A DNA stretch of 64,000 nucleotides from Dehalococcoidia bacterium (lineage in GTDB: Bacteria; Chloroflexota; Dehalococcoidia; UBA6926), in assembly GCA_045562535.1 (NCBI GenBank), contig JBJKVP010000004.1, forward strand, positions 77,070-141,069, read 5' to 3'. Made by a program: the position numbers and the translations under genes. Numbering within the stretch: position 1 is the first letter of the stretch; each line of letters starts with the position of its first letter. Below are positions 28,072 to 38,798 of the stretch, piece by piece. The notes under the pieces were generated by a model, which saw only the letters and a program-made list of their open reading frames with translations, was not told the DNA's origin and searched no databases.

Positions 28072-28899
28072 TTAACTCTCCTCATAGCGTACAGAAATTC
28101 CATTATTGAATAAATATTTTTTTGTTTCTTGAATCCTGTTATCACCATAATGGAAAATACTTGCGGCTAGTACCGCATCAACTTTTCCTATACCAAAAGC
28201 ATCTAAAAAATCCTGGTTACCTCCAGCTCCGCCACTCGCAACTACGGGCACTGAAACATGTTGAGATATCGTTTTGTTCAACTCTAAATCGTATCCTTGT
28301 TTTGTACCATCCATATCCATACTGTTTAAGACTATCTCTCCTATTCCTAATCTAACTGAATATTGGGCCCATTTTACGGCATCTATGTTCGTCGATTCTC
28401 CATCTCCACTACCAGTCCTAACTCGCACTTCCCATTGAGAATCTGGGTCAATACTTATGTCCTTATTAATGTTTGAATGGTTGGTGAATCCAGGAGTAAC
28501 AGATTTGGCATCCATACCCAAAACTATACATTGACTTCCAAAGAGCTTTGCAGCATCTTCGATCAACTGGGGGTTTTCAACAGCAGCAGTATTAATACTA
28601 ATTTTATCAGCTCCCGCATTGAGCATTAATCGAATATCTTCAACGGTCCTTATTCCACCACCAACAGTCAATGGAATATAAATAGCTTCTGCAACTTTTG
28701 AAACAACATCGTAAATTATATTTCTGTTATCCGACGAAGCAGTGATGTCATAAAATACGAGCTCATCAGCTCCTTCCGAATCATAATATTTCGCGAGTTC
28801 AACTGGATCACCGACATCGCGATGATCTTTAAACTTAATCCCTTTTACAACTCTTCCTTCTTTTACATCTAAACAGGGAATAATTCTTTTGGATAACAC
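28072..28899 (-). CDS. hisF: Imidazole glycerol phosphate synthase cyclase subunit
   Basis: [20 protein letters not shown] is the HisF start. About 20-aa insertion relative to typical HisF. Confidence 0.9.
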   Translation of the reverse strand: MLSKRIIPCLDVKEGRVVKGIKFKDHRDVGDPVELAKYYDSEGADELVFYDITASSDNRNIIYDVVSKVAEAIYIPLTVGGGIRTVEDIRLMLNAGADKISINTAAVENPQLIEDAAKLFGSQCIVLGMDAKSVTPGFTNHSNINKDISIDPDSQWEVRVRTGSGDGESTNIDAVKWAQYSVRLGIGEIVLNSMDMDGTKQGYDLELNKTISQHVSVPVVASGGAGGNQDFLDAFGIGKVDAVLAASIFHYGDNRIQETKKYLFNNGISVRYEES

Positions 28900-29026
28900 T
28901 CTAGAATCTCCTTAAATATACATCAATCTTATCCAAGCAACCCTTTACGCACAAACTAAAATATATGACACTATTCAATCAAGGGCTAATTATTAAAGTA
29001 ACAGTTCAAAGAAAGAGGGATTTCCC

Positions 29027-29452
29027 ATGACTGAGAATACACTCAATATTGACACCAAAAAAGTTTTTGAATTTACAAAAGTTTTGACCGCAGGTGATGT
29101 GGAAAGTTTTGCAGAGGCGTCCGGTGACACTCAACCTCTTCACTTAGACGATGAGATGGCTGGTAAATCACGGTTTAAGAAAAGAATTGCTCACGGGATT
29201 CTTACAGCGGGTATTATATCTGCAGCTATAGGAACACAAGTAGCACCTGGACAAGTGGTTATTTATATGGGTCAAAGCCTCAAATTTTTGGCCCCAGTAT
29301 ATTTAGGGGATTCTGTAACTGCGAAGCTATCCGTTATTAGTATTAATGTTCCTCGTCGACTGGTCACCTTAAAAGCAACGGTAGAAAATCAAAAAGGAGA
29401 AGAAGTACTTACAGGTCAATCTGAAGTAATGATCGAGCCTTATGAGGCATAA
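29027..29452 (+). CDS. MaoC-like (R)-specific hydratase/dehydratase, hotdog fold
   Basis: 141 aa with a hotdog-fold pattern. It is inserted in opposite orientation between hisF and hisA. Confidence 0.7.
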   Translation: MTENTLNIDTKKVFEFTKVLTAGDVESFAEASGDTQPLHLDDEMAGKSRFKKRIAHGILTAGIISAAIGTQVAPGQVVIYMGQSLKFLAPVYLGDSVTAKLSVISINVPRRLVTLKATVENQKGEEVLTGQSEVMIEPYEA

Positions 29453-30181
29453 TTAATTATCAAGGATACTCTTGAGTTCCACAAAGTCTATAGCTCCACT
29501 GTAGAGTGATTTTCCGATTATCACTCCTTCTAAACCCATAACTGATAAATCTACAACATCTTTTATTGATGAGACTCCTCCAGAAGCAATCACGTTCGAA
29601 GGTGACGAAGCTACTATAAATTTACTGAGTTCATCAATATTAGGACCAGCCATAGTGCCATCCCTTGAAATATCTGTGTACACAAATCTCTTGGCACCTC
29701 TTGAAGTAAGTTCTTTTGAGATACTAAAAACATCCGCGGTCGATTCTTTTTCCCAACCCTCAACCATTATGGATCCATTTTTGGCATCAAGGCCGCATAT
29801 TATTCGATCTCCAAAAGTTGAGATAGCATCAAAAGCCATAGTCGGATCAGCAACAATAACACTTCCGATTACAACTCTCTGGACACCCAAATTTAATACT
29901 TCTTGTATAGCCTCTAAAGTACGCAACCCTCCGCCCAGTTGTATAGGTACAGACACTTGGTTAACTATTTCATCAATGACACGTAGATGGTGTATCGAAC
30001 CTTCCCTTGCGCCATTTAAATCTACGATATGAATTCTCTCGGCACCCATGGTTTCCCATTTTTTCGCTGTGTCGACAGGGTCACTAGAAAATACTGTCTG
30101 GCTACTGTAATCCCCTTGATATAACCGAACTACTTTTGAATCCAACAGGTCGATTGCAGGGATTAATTCAAAATCTATCAA
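29453..30181 (-). CDS. hisA: ProFAR isomerase (1-(5-phosphoribosyl)-5-[(5-phosphoribosylamino)methylideneamino]imidazole-4-carboxamide isomerase)
   Basis: MIDFELIPAIDLLDSKVVRLYQGDY is the HisA start. TIM-barrel motifs GGGLR and SGGVSS. Confidence 0.9.
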   Translation of the reverse strand: MIDFELIPAIDLLDSKVVRLYQGDYSSQTVFSSDPVDTAKKWETMGAERIHIVDLNGAREGSIHHLRVIDEIVNQVSVPIQLGGGLRTLEAIQEVLNLGVQRVVIGSVIVADPTMAFDAISTFGDRIICGLDAKNGSIMVEGWEKESTADVFSISKELTSRGAKRFVYTDISRDGTMAGPNIDELSKFIVASSPSNVIASGGVSSIKDVVDLSVMGLEGVIIGKSLYSGAIDFVELKSILDN

Positions 30182-30819
30182 TTCTGCCTCTCTTTAGCCC
30201 CCAAAAAAAAGTTTTTATATATGCTGATTCCCACTTCGGTGCTTTTTTCTGGGTGGAATTGAGTAGCTAACAGATTATTGTCAGCGACTATACTCGGAAA
30301 TTTATTACTATAAACAGTTTCTCCTACAACCAAATCTGAATCGGCAGGAACTGCATAATAACTATGAACGAAGTAAAATTGAAATTTATCAGGTATATCT
30401 TTAAATGCATAATGGTGTTTTATCATCTCTACATTGTTCCAACCCATATGGGGCACTTTCAAATCATGATCAAATCTAGAGTTCCCTCCATTTAAAATAC
30501 CTAAACATTCAGTATTCTCTTCATCCGAATTCTCAAACATAAGTTGTAAACCTAGACAGACTCCAAAAAAAGGGCCGCCAGATAAAACATAATCTTTCAA
30601 GGCAGAGTCCAAACCTTTCGTTTTTAACGAATTCATAGCATGGCTCGCTATCCCCTGCCCTGGGAAAACTATCCCATCGCTATTCTTAAAATCATCTGGG
30701 TCGCTTGTAATAGAAACCATAAATCCAATTTTATCCAGAGCTTTTGCGACAGAGCGCAGGTTCCCAGCACCAAAGTCCACTACTGCAATGCGCATTTGGC
30801 TCGCTTTATTGGTTATCAT
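30178..30819 (-). CDS. hisH: Imidazole glycerol phosphate synthase glutaminase subunit
   Basis: MRIAVVDFGAGNLRSV start, a class-I GATase Cys (GVCLGLQ), and the HPE motif. The stop overlaps the hisA start. Confidence 0.9.
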   Translation of the reverse strand: MITNKASQMRIAVVDFGAGNLRSVAKALDKIGFMVSITSDPDDFKNSDGIVFPGQGIASHAMNSLKTKGLDSALKDYVLSGGPFFGVCLGLQLMFENSDEENTECLGILNGGNSRFDHDLKVPHMGWNNVEMIKHHYAFKDIPDKFQFYFVHSYYAVPADSDLVVGETVYSNKFPSIVADNNLLATQFHPEKSTEVGISIYKNFFLGAKERQN

Positions 30820-31393
30820 TTAATAATTCCGAATCAATGCCTCGGTCTTCATATCTCGCCAGGATAAAAAGTAAATCTGAAACCCTATTTATATAGGGTA
30901 ATATTGAAGAGTCATCTCTGATCGATCCACTTTGATCTAAAGAAACCACCAATCTCTCTGCCCTCCGTAAAACTGATCGAGCCAAATCTATCCCTGCTGA
31001 CGCTGGTGTTGCCCCAGGTAAAACAAAGAACGGAGGTAATTCGAAATCCTCTTGTAACTCATCAATAAGATTTTCAATTTCGTCGACCATACCATTATCT
31101 ACCGGTGTGAAATGTTCAAGGAATTTATCATAGTGTTCAACATCAGTTGCAAGTTCAGCTCCAACCGAAAATAGATCCCTTTGCAATTTTAAGATGATCT
31201 CTTTTACCTTAGTGTCCTGTGAAAAACTACGGCCAATCCCTAAAGCCGATACAGCCTCATCTATCGTGCCATATGCGTCAGTCCTAGGATCATTCTTTTT
31301 TATCCGACCACCATATAGAAGCCCCGTCTCACCGGAATCTCCATGACGAGTATAAACCTTAGGCATCTTATAAACCCCAATCAAGTCATTCAA
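30806..31393 (-). CDS. PduO-type ATP:cob(I)alamin adenosyltransferase (MMAB family)
   Basis: YTRHGDSGETGLLYGGRIKKNDPRTDAYGTIDEA matches the PduO-type N-terminus (YTRTGDKGETSL...). It overlaps the hisH start by 14 nt. Confidence 0.7.
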   Translation of the reverse strand: MNDLIGVYKMPKVYTRHGDSGETGLLYGGRIKKNDPRTDAYGTIDEAVSALGIGRSFSQDTKVKEIILKLQRDLFSVGAELATDVEHYDKFLEHFTPVDNGMVDEIENLIDELQEDFELPPFFVLPGATPASAGIDLARSVLRRAERLVVSLDQSGSIRDDSSILPYINRVSDLLFILARYEDRGIDSELLNDNQ

Positions 31394-31461
31394 TATCTTG
31401 TACAGTTTAACCTAGATGATGCCGTTTTACAGCTTTAACTACTAACAGGGAGTTATATTTG

Positions 31462-31490
31462 TTGACAATGCTATTGTCATATTTTATGAT
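31462..31490 (+). promoter_or_regulatory. Candidate hspR promoter TTGACA (31462..31467), 17-nt spacer, TATGAT (31485..31490), with embedded perfect palindrome TGACAAT-GCT-ATTGTCA (31463..31479)
   Basis: Seen directly. The palindrome overlaps the -35 element and the spacer, as expected for a MerR-family (HspR) operator. Confidence 0.4.
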
Positions 31491-31544
31491 GCTTGTAATG
31501 AACATAAGTTAACAAAATAATTATATTAGTATTCGTCAGTTAAG

Positions 31545-31871
31545 GTGGACTCAATAATGCGTAATCGACAAGAGCCGGTATTCTCAATACGAATAGCTGC
31601 AAGGCTCGTTGGGCTCCATGTTCAAACACTACGTTATTACGAAAGAAATGGCATGGTTAAGCCTCAGAGATCAAGGGGAAATGTTCGATATTACAGCGAA
31701 GAAGATATAACGATGATTAACAACATAAAGTCTCTTATAGACGATCTAGGAGTTAACCTAGCCGGAGTACAGGTCATAATGAAAATGAACGAACAAATGA
31801 GCACCATGAAAGAACGAATCAACTATTTAGAGTCACAGTTAAGTAAGCGAAAACAAAATATAGAAGAATAG
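31545..31871 (+). CDS. hspR: MerR-family heat-shock repressor
   Basis: N-terminal HTH (FSIRIAARLVGLHVQTLRYYERNGMV) with a coiled-coil tail, immediately upstream of clpB. This is the canonical hspR-clpB arrangement. Confidence 0.7.
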   Translation: MDSIMRNRQEPVFSIRIAARLVGLHVQTLRYYERNGMVKPQRSRGNVRYYSEEDITMINNIKSLIDDLGVNLAGVQVIMKMNEQMSTMKERINYLESQLSKRKQNIEE

Positions 31872-31911
31872 ATCATACAACACAAGTATTACATTGTAAG
31901 GAGTCCCTCTG

Positions 31912-34332
31912 ATGATGCGCCCCGAACGTTTTACAGAAAAAGCGCAAGAAATATTAGCTTCTTCCCAAGAACTGGTACAAAATATGAACCACACTCAATG
32001 GGATGTTGAGCATGTCTTGTTAGCAATTTTAGAGCAGAATTCCGGTTTAGGATTTGAGATTCTAGAAATCGCGGGTGTAGACGTAGCCATGCTGAGGCGA
32101 GAGGTACAAAAATCCTTAGATAAAGCTGCAAAAACTTCAACTGTAAATAATAGCCAGATATTTATAACACCAAGTCTACAAGAGCTTCTACAAAATTCCG
32201 ACAACGAAGCAAAACGACTACAGGATGAATACATCGGTATTGAACATCTTTTAATTAGCATGACAAAAGAACGAGTAGGCAATATCGCTAGCATATTAAA
32301 AGAATTTCGTATTACAGAAGAACAACTTTACGCGGCACTGCAAGAGGTCAGGGGAGAGGCAAGAATCGATGATCCTAGAGCGGAAGAAAAATATAGATCT
32401 TTAGCTAAATACAGCATAAATTTAACTGACCTCGCTAGAAAAGGAAAACTAGATCCCGTCATCGGAAGGCAGAGTGAGATCCAAAGAGTTATGCAAATAT
32501 TGGTAAGAAGAACCAAAAACAATCCTGTAATAATTGGCGAAGCTGGGGTTGGAAAAACTGCAATCGCGGAAGGTCTAGCAGAACGTATTGTTGCAGGAGA
32601 TGTACCTGAGTCTTTACAGAGGCACGAGGTAATGGCACTTGATATGGGAGCTCTGGTAGCAGGTGCGAAGTTTCGGGGTGAATTTGAAGAACGATTAAAA
32701 AATGTCCTTGACGAAGTCCGTACGGGAAAAGGGGAAATAATACTCTTTATAGACGAACTTCATACAGTCGTGGGAGCAGGAGCGGCAGAAGGCGCTATAG
32801 ACGCCTCAAACATGTTAAAACCCGCCTTAGCACGTGGCGAACTACAAACCGTGGGCGCAACCACTTTGGATGAATACCGTCGCCACATAGAAAAAGATTC
32901 CGCACTAGAAAGGCGTTTTCAGCCCGTATATGTTGAAGAGCCAAATTTAGAAGATGCGCTTTCTATATTGAAAGGGATTGGCCCAAAATATGAAGCACAT
33001 CACAAGGTAAAAATTACAGAGCAAGCATTGGAAGCTGCAGTGAAATTAAGTGCTAGATATCTGACCGAAAGACATCTTCCAGACAAAGCGATTGATCTGA
33101 TTGATGAAGCAGCTTCACGACTTCGGATTGATGCCGAATCATTCCCTCAAAGCCTCAAAGATAGTGAGCAGGTCATCCGTCAGTTACAAATACAAGAAGA
33201 AGCTGCTTCCCAACGAGGCCAATTTGAGCAAGCAGCTCAATTAAAACAAAAAAATATACAGCAGCAAGAAAACTATGATACCGAGCTGCAAAACTGGAAA
33301 AAGGAGAAGGAAATAAGGGATGAAGTATTAGAGAAAGATATTGAAGAGCTGGTTTCAGAATGGACAGGCATACCTGTATCAAAAATGTTGGAAGGTGAAT
33401 CAACACGATTGATAAGAATGGAAGATGAACTACACGAAAAAGTAGTGGGCCAACATAAAGCAATTACCGCCCTATCTGATGCAATTCGAAGGGGTCGATC
33501 AGGGCTTAAGGACCCTAAACGACCCATTGGAAGTTTCATTTTTCTGGGGCCTACTGGTGTTGGTAAAACAGAATTAGCAAAAACATTAGCCGAATTTCTT
33601 TTCGACGACCCAGAAGCTCTAATAAGGTTCGACATGTCAGAATTCGCCACTCCTCACGAGGCATCAAAATTGATTGGTGCCCCTCCTGGATATGTAGGTT
33701 TTGAAGACGGAGGTCAGCTAACAGAATTAGTGAGAAGAAGGCCTTACAGAGTCATATTGTTTGATGAAATCGAAAAAGCACATCCAGATCTATTTAACAC
33801 GCTACTACAGATATTGGAAGATGGCCGACTTACTGATGGCCAGGGGCATACCGTAGATTTCCGAAATACAGTCATTATTATGACAAGTAATCTTGGGACT
33901 GAGATTCTCAATAAGGAAAAAATAGGGCTGCTTCCTGAGTCAAATAACGACCAATACATTGAATTGCAAAAATCGGTAGAACAAGCGATGAAAAAAACAT
34001 TCCGCCCAGAATTTCTTAACAGAATTGACGAAACTATAATATTTGAACCTCTTTCAAAAGATGAAATTCTATCTATAGTAAACCTGATGGTGATCGAAGT
34101 AAAAAATCGTTTAGCAGAACGGGATATATCAATAAATTTATCCGATAAAGCTATCGAATGGTTAGGTAACACTGGCTTCGACCAAACTTATGGTGCAAGG
34201 CCTTTAAGAAGGGCGATACAAAGGCACATCGAGAATGTTCTTGCGCGAGACATACTGGCCGAAAAATTCAACTCTGGAGACCAAATCAACATAGATGTTG
34301 ACAACGATTCTCTAAGCTTCAAAAAAGGGTAA
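31912..34332 (+). CDS. clpB: ATP-dependent chaperone ClpB
   Basis: 806 aa. It has the N-domain, two AAA+ modules (GEAGVGKT and GPTGVGKT Walker A), and a middle coiled-coil. Confidence 0.9.
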   Translation: MMRPERFTEKAQEILASSQELVQNMNHTQWDVEHVLLAILEQNSGLGFEILEIAGVDVAMLRREVQKSLDKAAKTSTVNNSQIFITPSLQELLQNSDNEAKRLQDEYIGIEHLLISMTKERVGNIASILKEFRITEEQLYAALQEVRGEARIDDPRAEEKYRSLAKYSINLTDLARKGKLDPVIGRQSEIQRVMQILVRRTKNNPVIIGEAGVGKTAIAEGLAERIVAGDVPESLQRHEVMALDMGALVAGAKFRGEFEERLKNVLDEVRTGKGEIILFIDELHTVVGAGAAEGAIDASNMLKPALARGELQTVGATTLDEYRRHIEKDSALERRFQPVYVEEPNLEDALSILKGIGPKYEAHHKVKITEQALEAAVKLSARYLTERHLPDKAIDLIDEAASRLRIDAESFPQSLKDSEQVIRQLQIQEEAASQRGQFEQAAQLKQKNIQQQENYDTELQNWKKEKEIRDEVLEKDIEELVSEWTGIPVSKMLEGESTRLIRMEDELHEKVVGQHKAITALSDAIRRGRSGLKDPKRPIGSFIFLGPTGVGKTELAKTLAEFLFDDPEALIRFDMSEFATPHEASKLIGAPPGYVGFEDGGQLTELVRRRPYRVILFDEIEKAHPDLFNTLLQILEDGRLTDGQGHTVDFRNTVIIMTSNLGTEILNKEKIGLLPESNNDQYIELQKSVEQAMKKTFRPEFLNRIDETIIFEPLSKDEILSIVNLMVIEVKNRLAERDISINLSDKAIEWLGNTGFDQTYGARPLRRAIQRHIENVLARDILAEKFNSGDQINIDVDNDSLSFKKG

Positions 34333-34628
34333 CCAACCGTTTCCAATATGGCAAAAATAATTCCAGTATGTTGCCGCAACTGAAACAACGGAGTGAGAAG
34401 AACCTAGTCCCACATGAAAGTTAGTATCTAGATCAATAGATACCACTGCAGGCTTACCTTACCAACTCTCTTATTCGCTTTTTTTCGCCTAGAAGCTTAG
34501 CTTGATAATGCTAGATCCACGATGGTAATCAGATATAATATTATTGCAATAGATTTCCAAATGGGAACTTTAGTCAAAGCCACGCTATATATTTTGGTCA
34601 CTAAATCGGGTTGGAGAATGTATAGATA

Positions 34629-37600
34629 ATGTTTACGCATCTACATACTCATTCTGAATACAGCTTACTCGATGGTCTCTGCAAAATAACAGATCTAATT
34701 GATGAAGCAAGAAACTTGGGTTCTGATTCAATCGCATTGACCGACCACGGATCACTATACGGAGCAGTAGAATTTTATAGAAAATCGAAAGCCGCCGGCA
34801 TAAAACCAATCATAGGTGTAGAGGCATATGTTGCCCCAAATGGGAGACATTCCCGCTTACCTGGAGACAACCAACCGTATCATTTAGTATTACTCGCTAA
34901 AAACAAGGAAGGTTATCACAATCTATTGAAATTGGTCACCCTAAGTCATCTAGAGGGTTTTTATTATCGACCGAGGATTGATAGAGAACTACTAAAGCAA
35001 TATAGCGGTGGAATCATTGCTTTATCCGGGTGCCTAGCCGCAGAGATTCCAAGAGCTATCTCAGAAGGTAGATTAGAAGATGCCAGAGAAGCTGCAATAT
35101 GGCATCGAGACGTTTTTGAGGACTATTACTTGGAAGTACAACGGCATGATTCTGTAGAAGATCTAGAAGCCGTCAACAACGAACTAATAAAAATATCTAG
35201 CGAACTATCCATACCATTAGTTGCAACCAACGATTTACATTATGTCCATTCTGACGACGATCAAGCTCAAGACGTCCTTTTATGTATACAAACAAATTCG
35301 ACTCTCGAAGATACTAACAGGATGAAAATGGACGGCGGGTCATACTACTTGAAATCTGAAGAAGAAATGAGAGAGCTTTTCAAGGACATCCCCCAAGCAG
35401 TAGACAACACGGCTGTCATTGCTAACAAATGTGAATTAGATCTAGAGTTCAATCGCCTTCGATTACCACAGATTGACATACCAGAAAACCAAACTTCATT
35501 TGACTATCTAGAATCCATTTGTAGGGAAGGTTTTAAAAAACTGTATGAACCTGGAAATTCTAGCGCTGTAGAGCGCCTCGAATATGAGCTTAGAGTAATC
35601 AAAGAAATGGAGTTTTCGGATTATTTTTTGGTTGTCTGGGATATCGCTAAATACGCAAGAGAAAAAGATATCCTGATAGGGGTAAGAGGCAGCGCAGCTG
35701 CAAGTTTAATTTTATATTGCCTGAATATCACAGATATAGACCCTCTGGAATACGCTCTAGTTTTCGAAAGATTCTTAAATTTAGAGAGAATTGAAATGCC
35801 GGATATCGACCTCGATATCGAAGACACTAGACGAGATGAAATATTAGATTATGTAATGGCTAGGTTCGGCGAAGATAGAGTAGCTCAGATCATCACTTTC
35901 GGCACATTAGGACCAAGAGCAGCTATACGAGATGTTGGGAGAGTATTGGGTATTCCTTATTCCGATGTTGATGAAATAGCAAGACTGCTACCTAATACAG
36001 GCGCCAAATCTCTAAACGAAGCTGTAGAGGAAAATGCTGAGCTCAGTGAAGCTTACGAAAAAAGACCCTACGTTAAAGAACTGATCGATACCGCGAAAAA
36101 ACTGGAAGGCGTTTCCCGGCACGCCAGTACTCATGCAGCGGGGGTAGTAATATCACAGGAGCCGTTATCTAATGTAGTACCACTCCAAAGACCTACACGA
36201 ACCGGAAGCGATAATTCCATGCCTATGACTCAGTGGGATATGAATACTGTAGCAGAAGTAGGTCTACTGAAGATGGATTTCCTTGGACTGAGCAATTTAT
36301 CAATATTAGGCAGAACATGCGATTTGATTAAATCGACGCAAGGAATAGAAATAGACCTAAAAACGATCCCTTTAGATGATGCTAAAACTTTCGAATTACT
36401 TTGCTCAGGGGAAACAACAGGCCTTTTCCAACTAGAAGGGAGCGGAATGCGAAGATGGATAAAACAACTAAAACCAGAAAACATACAAGAAATTTCAGCA
36501 ATGATAGCTCTCTATCGACCAGGTCCTATGGAACATATCCCGAGATTCATAGATGCTAAGTTCGGACGAATACCAATAACATATCCACATGAAGATCTAG
36601 CTGAACTATTATCTGAAACATACGGCATCATAGTGTACCAAGACCAAGTATTGAAAATTGCACAAAAATTTGCCGGCTACACTCTTGGTCAAGCGGACAT
36701 CGTTAGAAAAGCAATGGGTAAAAAAATATCGTCTATAATGTCGGAAGAAAGAGATGGCTTTCTCGCGGGCGCATCAAACCAAGGCTACTCTCATAATGAA
36801 GCAACCGCGGTTTTTGACCTTATAGAACCATTTGCAGGATATGCTTTTAACAAGGCACATAGCGTAAGCTACGCATATATCGCGTACCAAACAGCTTTCC
36901 TCAAAGCAAATTACCCAACAGAATATCTAACGTGTTTATTAAACTCCAGTCTTGGTCAGCAAGATAGGATGGGAGTTATAGCAGAAGAATGTAAAACATT
37001 AGGAATCGAAGTAAAACCTCCATCAGTAAGCTATAGCGAACACAATTTTTCTATAGGATTCGATAAAAATCAAGCTTTCATTATGACTGGTCTTACAGCA
37101 GTAAAAAACGTCGGGGTTAACGCTGTTGAAAAGATAATTGGAGAGCAAAAAAACAAAGGTCCGTATACGTCTTTAGAGAATTTCATAGAACGTGCGGATC
37201 TTCGATCGCTAAACAGAAGAGGACTCGAAAGTTTGATCAAAGCGGGGGCGTTAGATGATCTCGGAGAAAGAGGAACTCTCGAAAAATCAGCAGAAAAAAT
37301 ACTTAATTTATCCATCCAAGAGAGTAAGAGGCGTGACTCAAACCAAACGACTATGTTTGACATGATGGAGGGAAACACTACTCTCGATATGCCGAGCATC
37401 AATTTAATAGAAAATAATGTGACAGAAGAAGAAAAAGGAACTTGGGAAAAAGAGATGGTAGGAATATATTTCACCTATAATCCTTTTGAGCTCCTAACAA
37501 ATAATTTGGACGAAAATACCATAAACTGCGGGGACATCGGGGAATCTTATAAAGGAAAAGCAGTGGACATGATAGGTATTGTTATATCAAAAAGAACGTT

Positions 37601-38201
37601 TCCAATTCGCAATGGACAAACAGCAATGAGTGTAACAATCCAGGATACAACCGGTTCTACAGAAGTAACCGTTTGGCCGGACATTTTGAAAAATACTGAG
37701 GATGTGTGGAACATAAATTCCCCTGTCGCAATTCATGGCAAAGTTAGAGGGCAGGGAGAAAGGCTAACGGTATCGTGTGAGTCTGTAGCAACTTTAGATA
37801 TAAATGCTAACAACGACAAAAGAAACAATAAACTACAAGAGACAGAAAAGCAAAATAGCTCTACTCCTGAACAACGCCCAACTGACCCTAAACCCATCGA
37901 AGATCAACCCCAAAATAGCTTCTCAGAAAACCAGAACAATGATAACTCTCTACCTGTAAAGGTAACTTTAGAGCTTCGCGAAACCGATAACAAAGATTTA
38001 GACGTTAATATTCTCACACATCTTGTAGGAATATTAAGGGAATTCCCAGGTAATGATCTAGTTCACCTAAACATAATTGTTGCGGATCAACGAGTCGATG
38101 TAATTATGCCACAAAAAGCTCAATTCAACGAAGAATTTAAACAAGCCGTTGAGAACATTCTAGGTGAAGGAAAAATGTCTATACAAAGGCAACTGATCTA
38201 G
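34629..38201 (+). CDS. dnaE: DNA polymerase III alpha subunit
   Basis: 1190 aa. N-terminal PHP domain (HLHTHSEYSLLDG), polymerase core and an OB fold. The C-terminal about 140 aa are a low-complexity, Asn/Gln/Asp-rich linker plus a small extra domain. Confidence 0.95.
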   Translation: MFTHLHTHSEYSLLDGLCKITDLIDEARNLGSDSIALTDHGSLYGAVEFYRKSKAAGIKPIIGVEAYVAPNGRHSRLPGDNQPYHLVLLAKNKEGYHNLLKLVTLSHLEGFYYRPRIDRELLKQYSGGIIALSGCLAAEIPRAISEGRLEDAREAAIWHRDVFEDYYLEVQRHDSVEDLEAVNNELIKISSELSIPLVATNDLHYVHSDDDQAQDVLLCIQTNSTLEDTNRMKMDGGSYYLKSEEEMRELFKDIPQAVDNTAVIANKCELDLEFNRLRLPQIDIPENQTSFDYLESICREGFKKLYEPGNSSAVERLEYELRVIKEMEFSDYFLVVWDIAKYAREKDILIGVRGSAAASLILYCLNITDIDPLEYALVFERFLNLERIEMPDIDLDIEDTRRDEILDYVMARFGEDRVAQIITFGTLGPRAAIRDVGRVLGIPYSDVDEIARLLPNTGAKSLNEAVEENAELSEAYEKRPYVKELIDTAKKLEGVSRHASTHAAGVVISQEPLSNVVPLQRPTRTGSDNSMPMTQWDMNTVAEVGLLKMDFLGLSNLSILGRTCDLIKSTQGIEIDLKTIPLDDAKTFELLCSGETTGLFQLEGSGMRRWIKQLKPENIQEISAMIALYRPGPMEHIPRFIDAKFGRIPITYPHEDLAELLSETYGIIVYQDQVLKIAQKFAGYTLGQADIVRKAMGKKISSIMSEERDGFLAGASNQGYSHNEATAVFDLIEPFAGYAFNKAHSVSYAYIAYQTAFLKANYPTEYLTCLLNSSLGQQDRMGVIAEECKTLGIEVKPPSVSYSEHNFSIGFDKNQAFIMTGLTAVKNVGVNAVEKIIGEQKNKGPYTSLENFIERADLRSLNRRGLESLIKAGALDDLGERGTLEKSAEKILNLSIQESKRRDSNQTTMFDMMEGNTTLDMPSINLIENNVTEEEKGTWEKEMVGIYFTYNPFELLTNNLDENTINCGDIGESYKGKAVDMIGIVISKRTFPIRNGQTAMSVTIQDTTGSTEVTVWPDILKNTEDVWNINSPVAIHGKVRGQGERLTVSCESVATLDINANNDKRNNKLQETEKQNSSTPEQRPTDPKPIEDQPQNSFSENQNNDNSLPVKVTLELRETDNKDLDVNILTHLVGILREFPGNDLVHLNIIVADQRVDVIMPQKAQFNEEFKQAVENILGEGKMSIQRQLI

Positions 38202-38795
38202 CTATATATTTTTTATAAAGGTACTTACCTGGACTGATCTTTTTGCAGGTTTAAAATTCTTACGGCGTTCCGTTCTTAATTTTTGTTTCCCGGCGTCGGG
38301 CCTTCCTTCTAGCCGTAACAATTTTTCTTTAAAATCAAGTCCATGACCAAACCCGGTAAGTGAGCCATCGGCTCCTACCACTCTGTGACACGGAACGACT
38401 ATTGTATACGGGTTAGATCCAACAGCCTGCCCTACAGCTCTGGCCGATTTTGGTCTATTTATATTATCGGCGATTTTTCCGTACGTTGTCACTGTTCCGT
38501 ATGGGATCAACTTCAAATTATCCCAAACCTGCGACTGAAACTCTGTGTATCCATCCATATCCAAAATATAATCAAACGATTTTACTATACCATCACTGTA
38601 TTTTAGAAATTGTTCTCCTAATTCACCTAATCCTATTTTATCAATTTTTATAGAACCAAAATTTACATCGATTATTTGCTCCAAGGCTCCAAAATTATCT
38701 TCCGGTCCAATAACGGCTTTTAGGCCTTTATTTGATGCTACAAAAGCAAAATTGCCAAAGGCAGTTTCTAGCAAGAATTTTGTGCTAGCTTTCAT
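38202..38795 (-). CDS. ogt: Methylated-DNA--protein-cysteine methyltransferase
   Basis: Active-site motif VPCHRVV. N-terminal domain is present, and there is a basic about 30-aa C-terminal tail. The stop abuts the dnaE stop with 0-nt spacing (convergent). Confidence 0.8.
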   Translation of the reverse strand: MKASTKFLLETAFGNFAFVASNKGLKAVIGPEDNFGALEQIIDVNFGSIKIDKIGLGELGEQFLKYSDGIVKSFDYILDMDGYTEFQSQVWDNLKLIPYGTVTTYGKIADNINRPKSARAVGQAVGSNPYTIVVPCHRVVGADGSLTGFGHGLDFKEKLLRLEGRPDAGKQKLRTERRKNFKPAKRSVQVSTFIKNI

Positions 38796-38798
38796 AGA

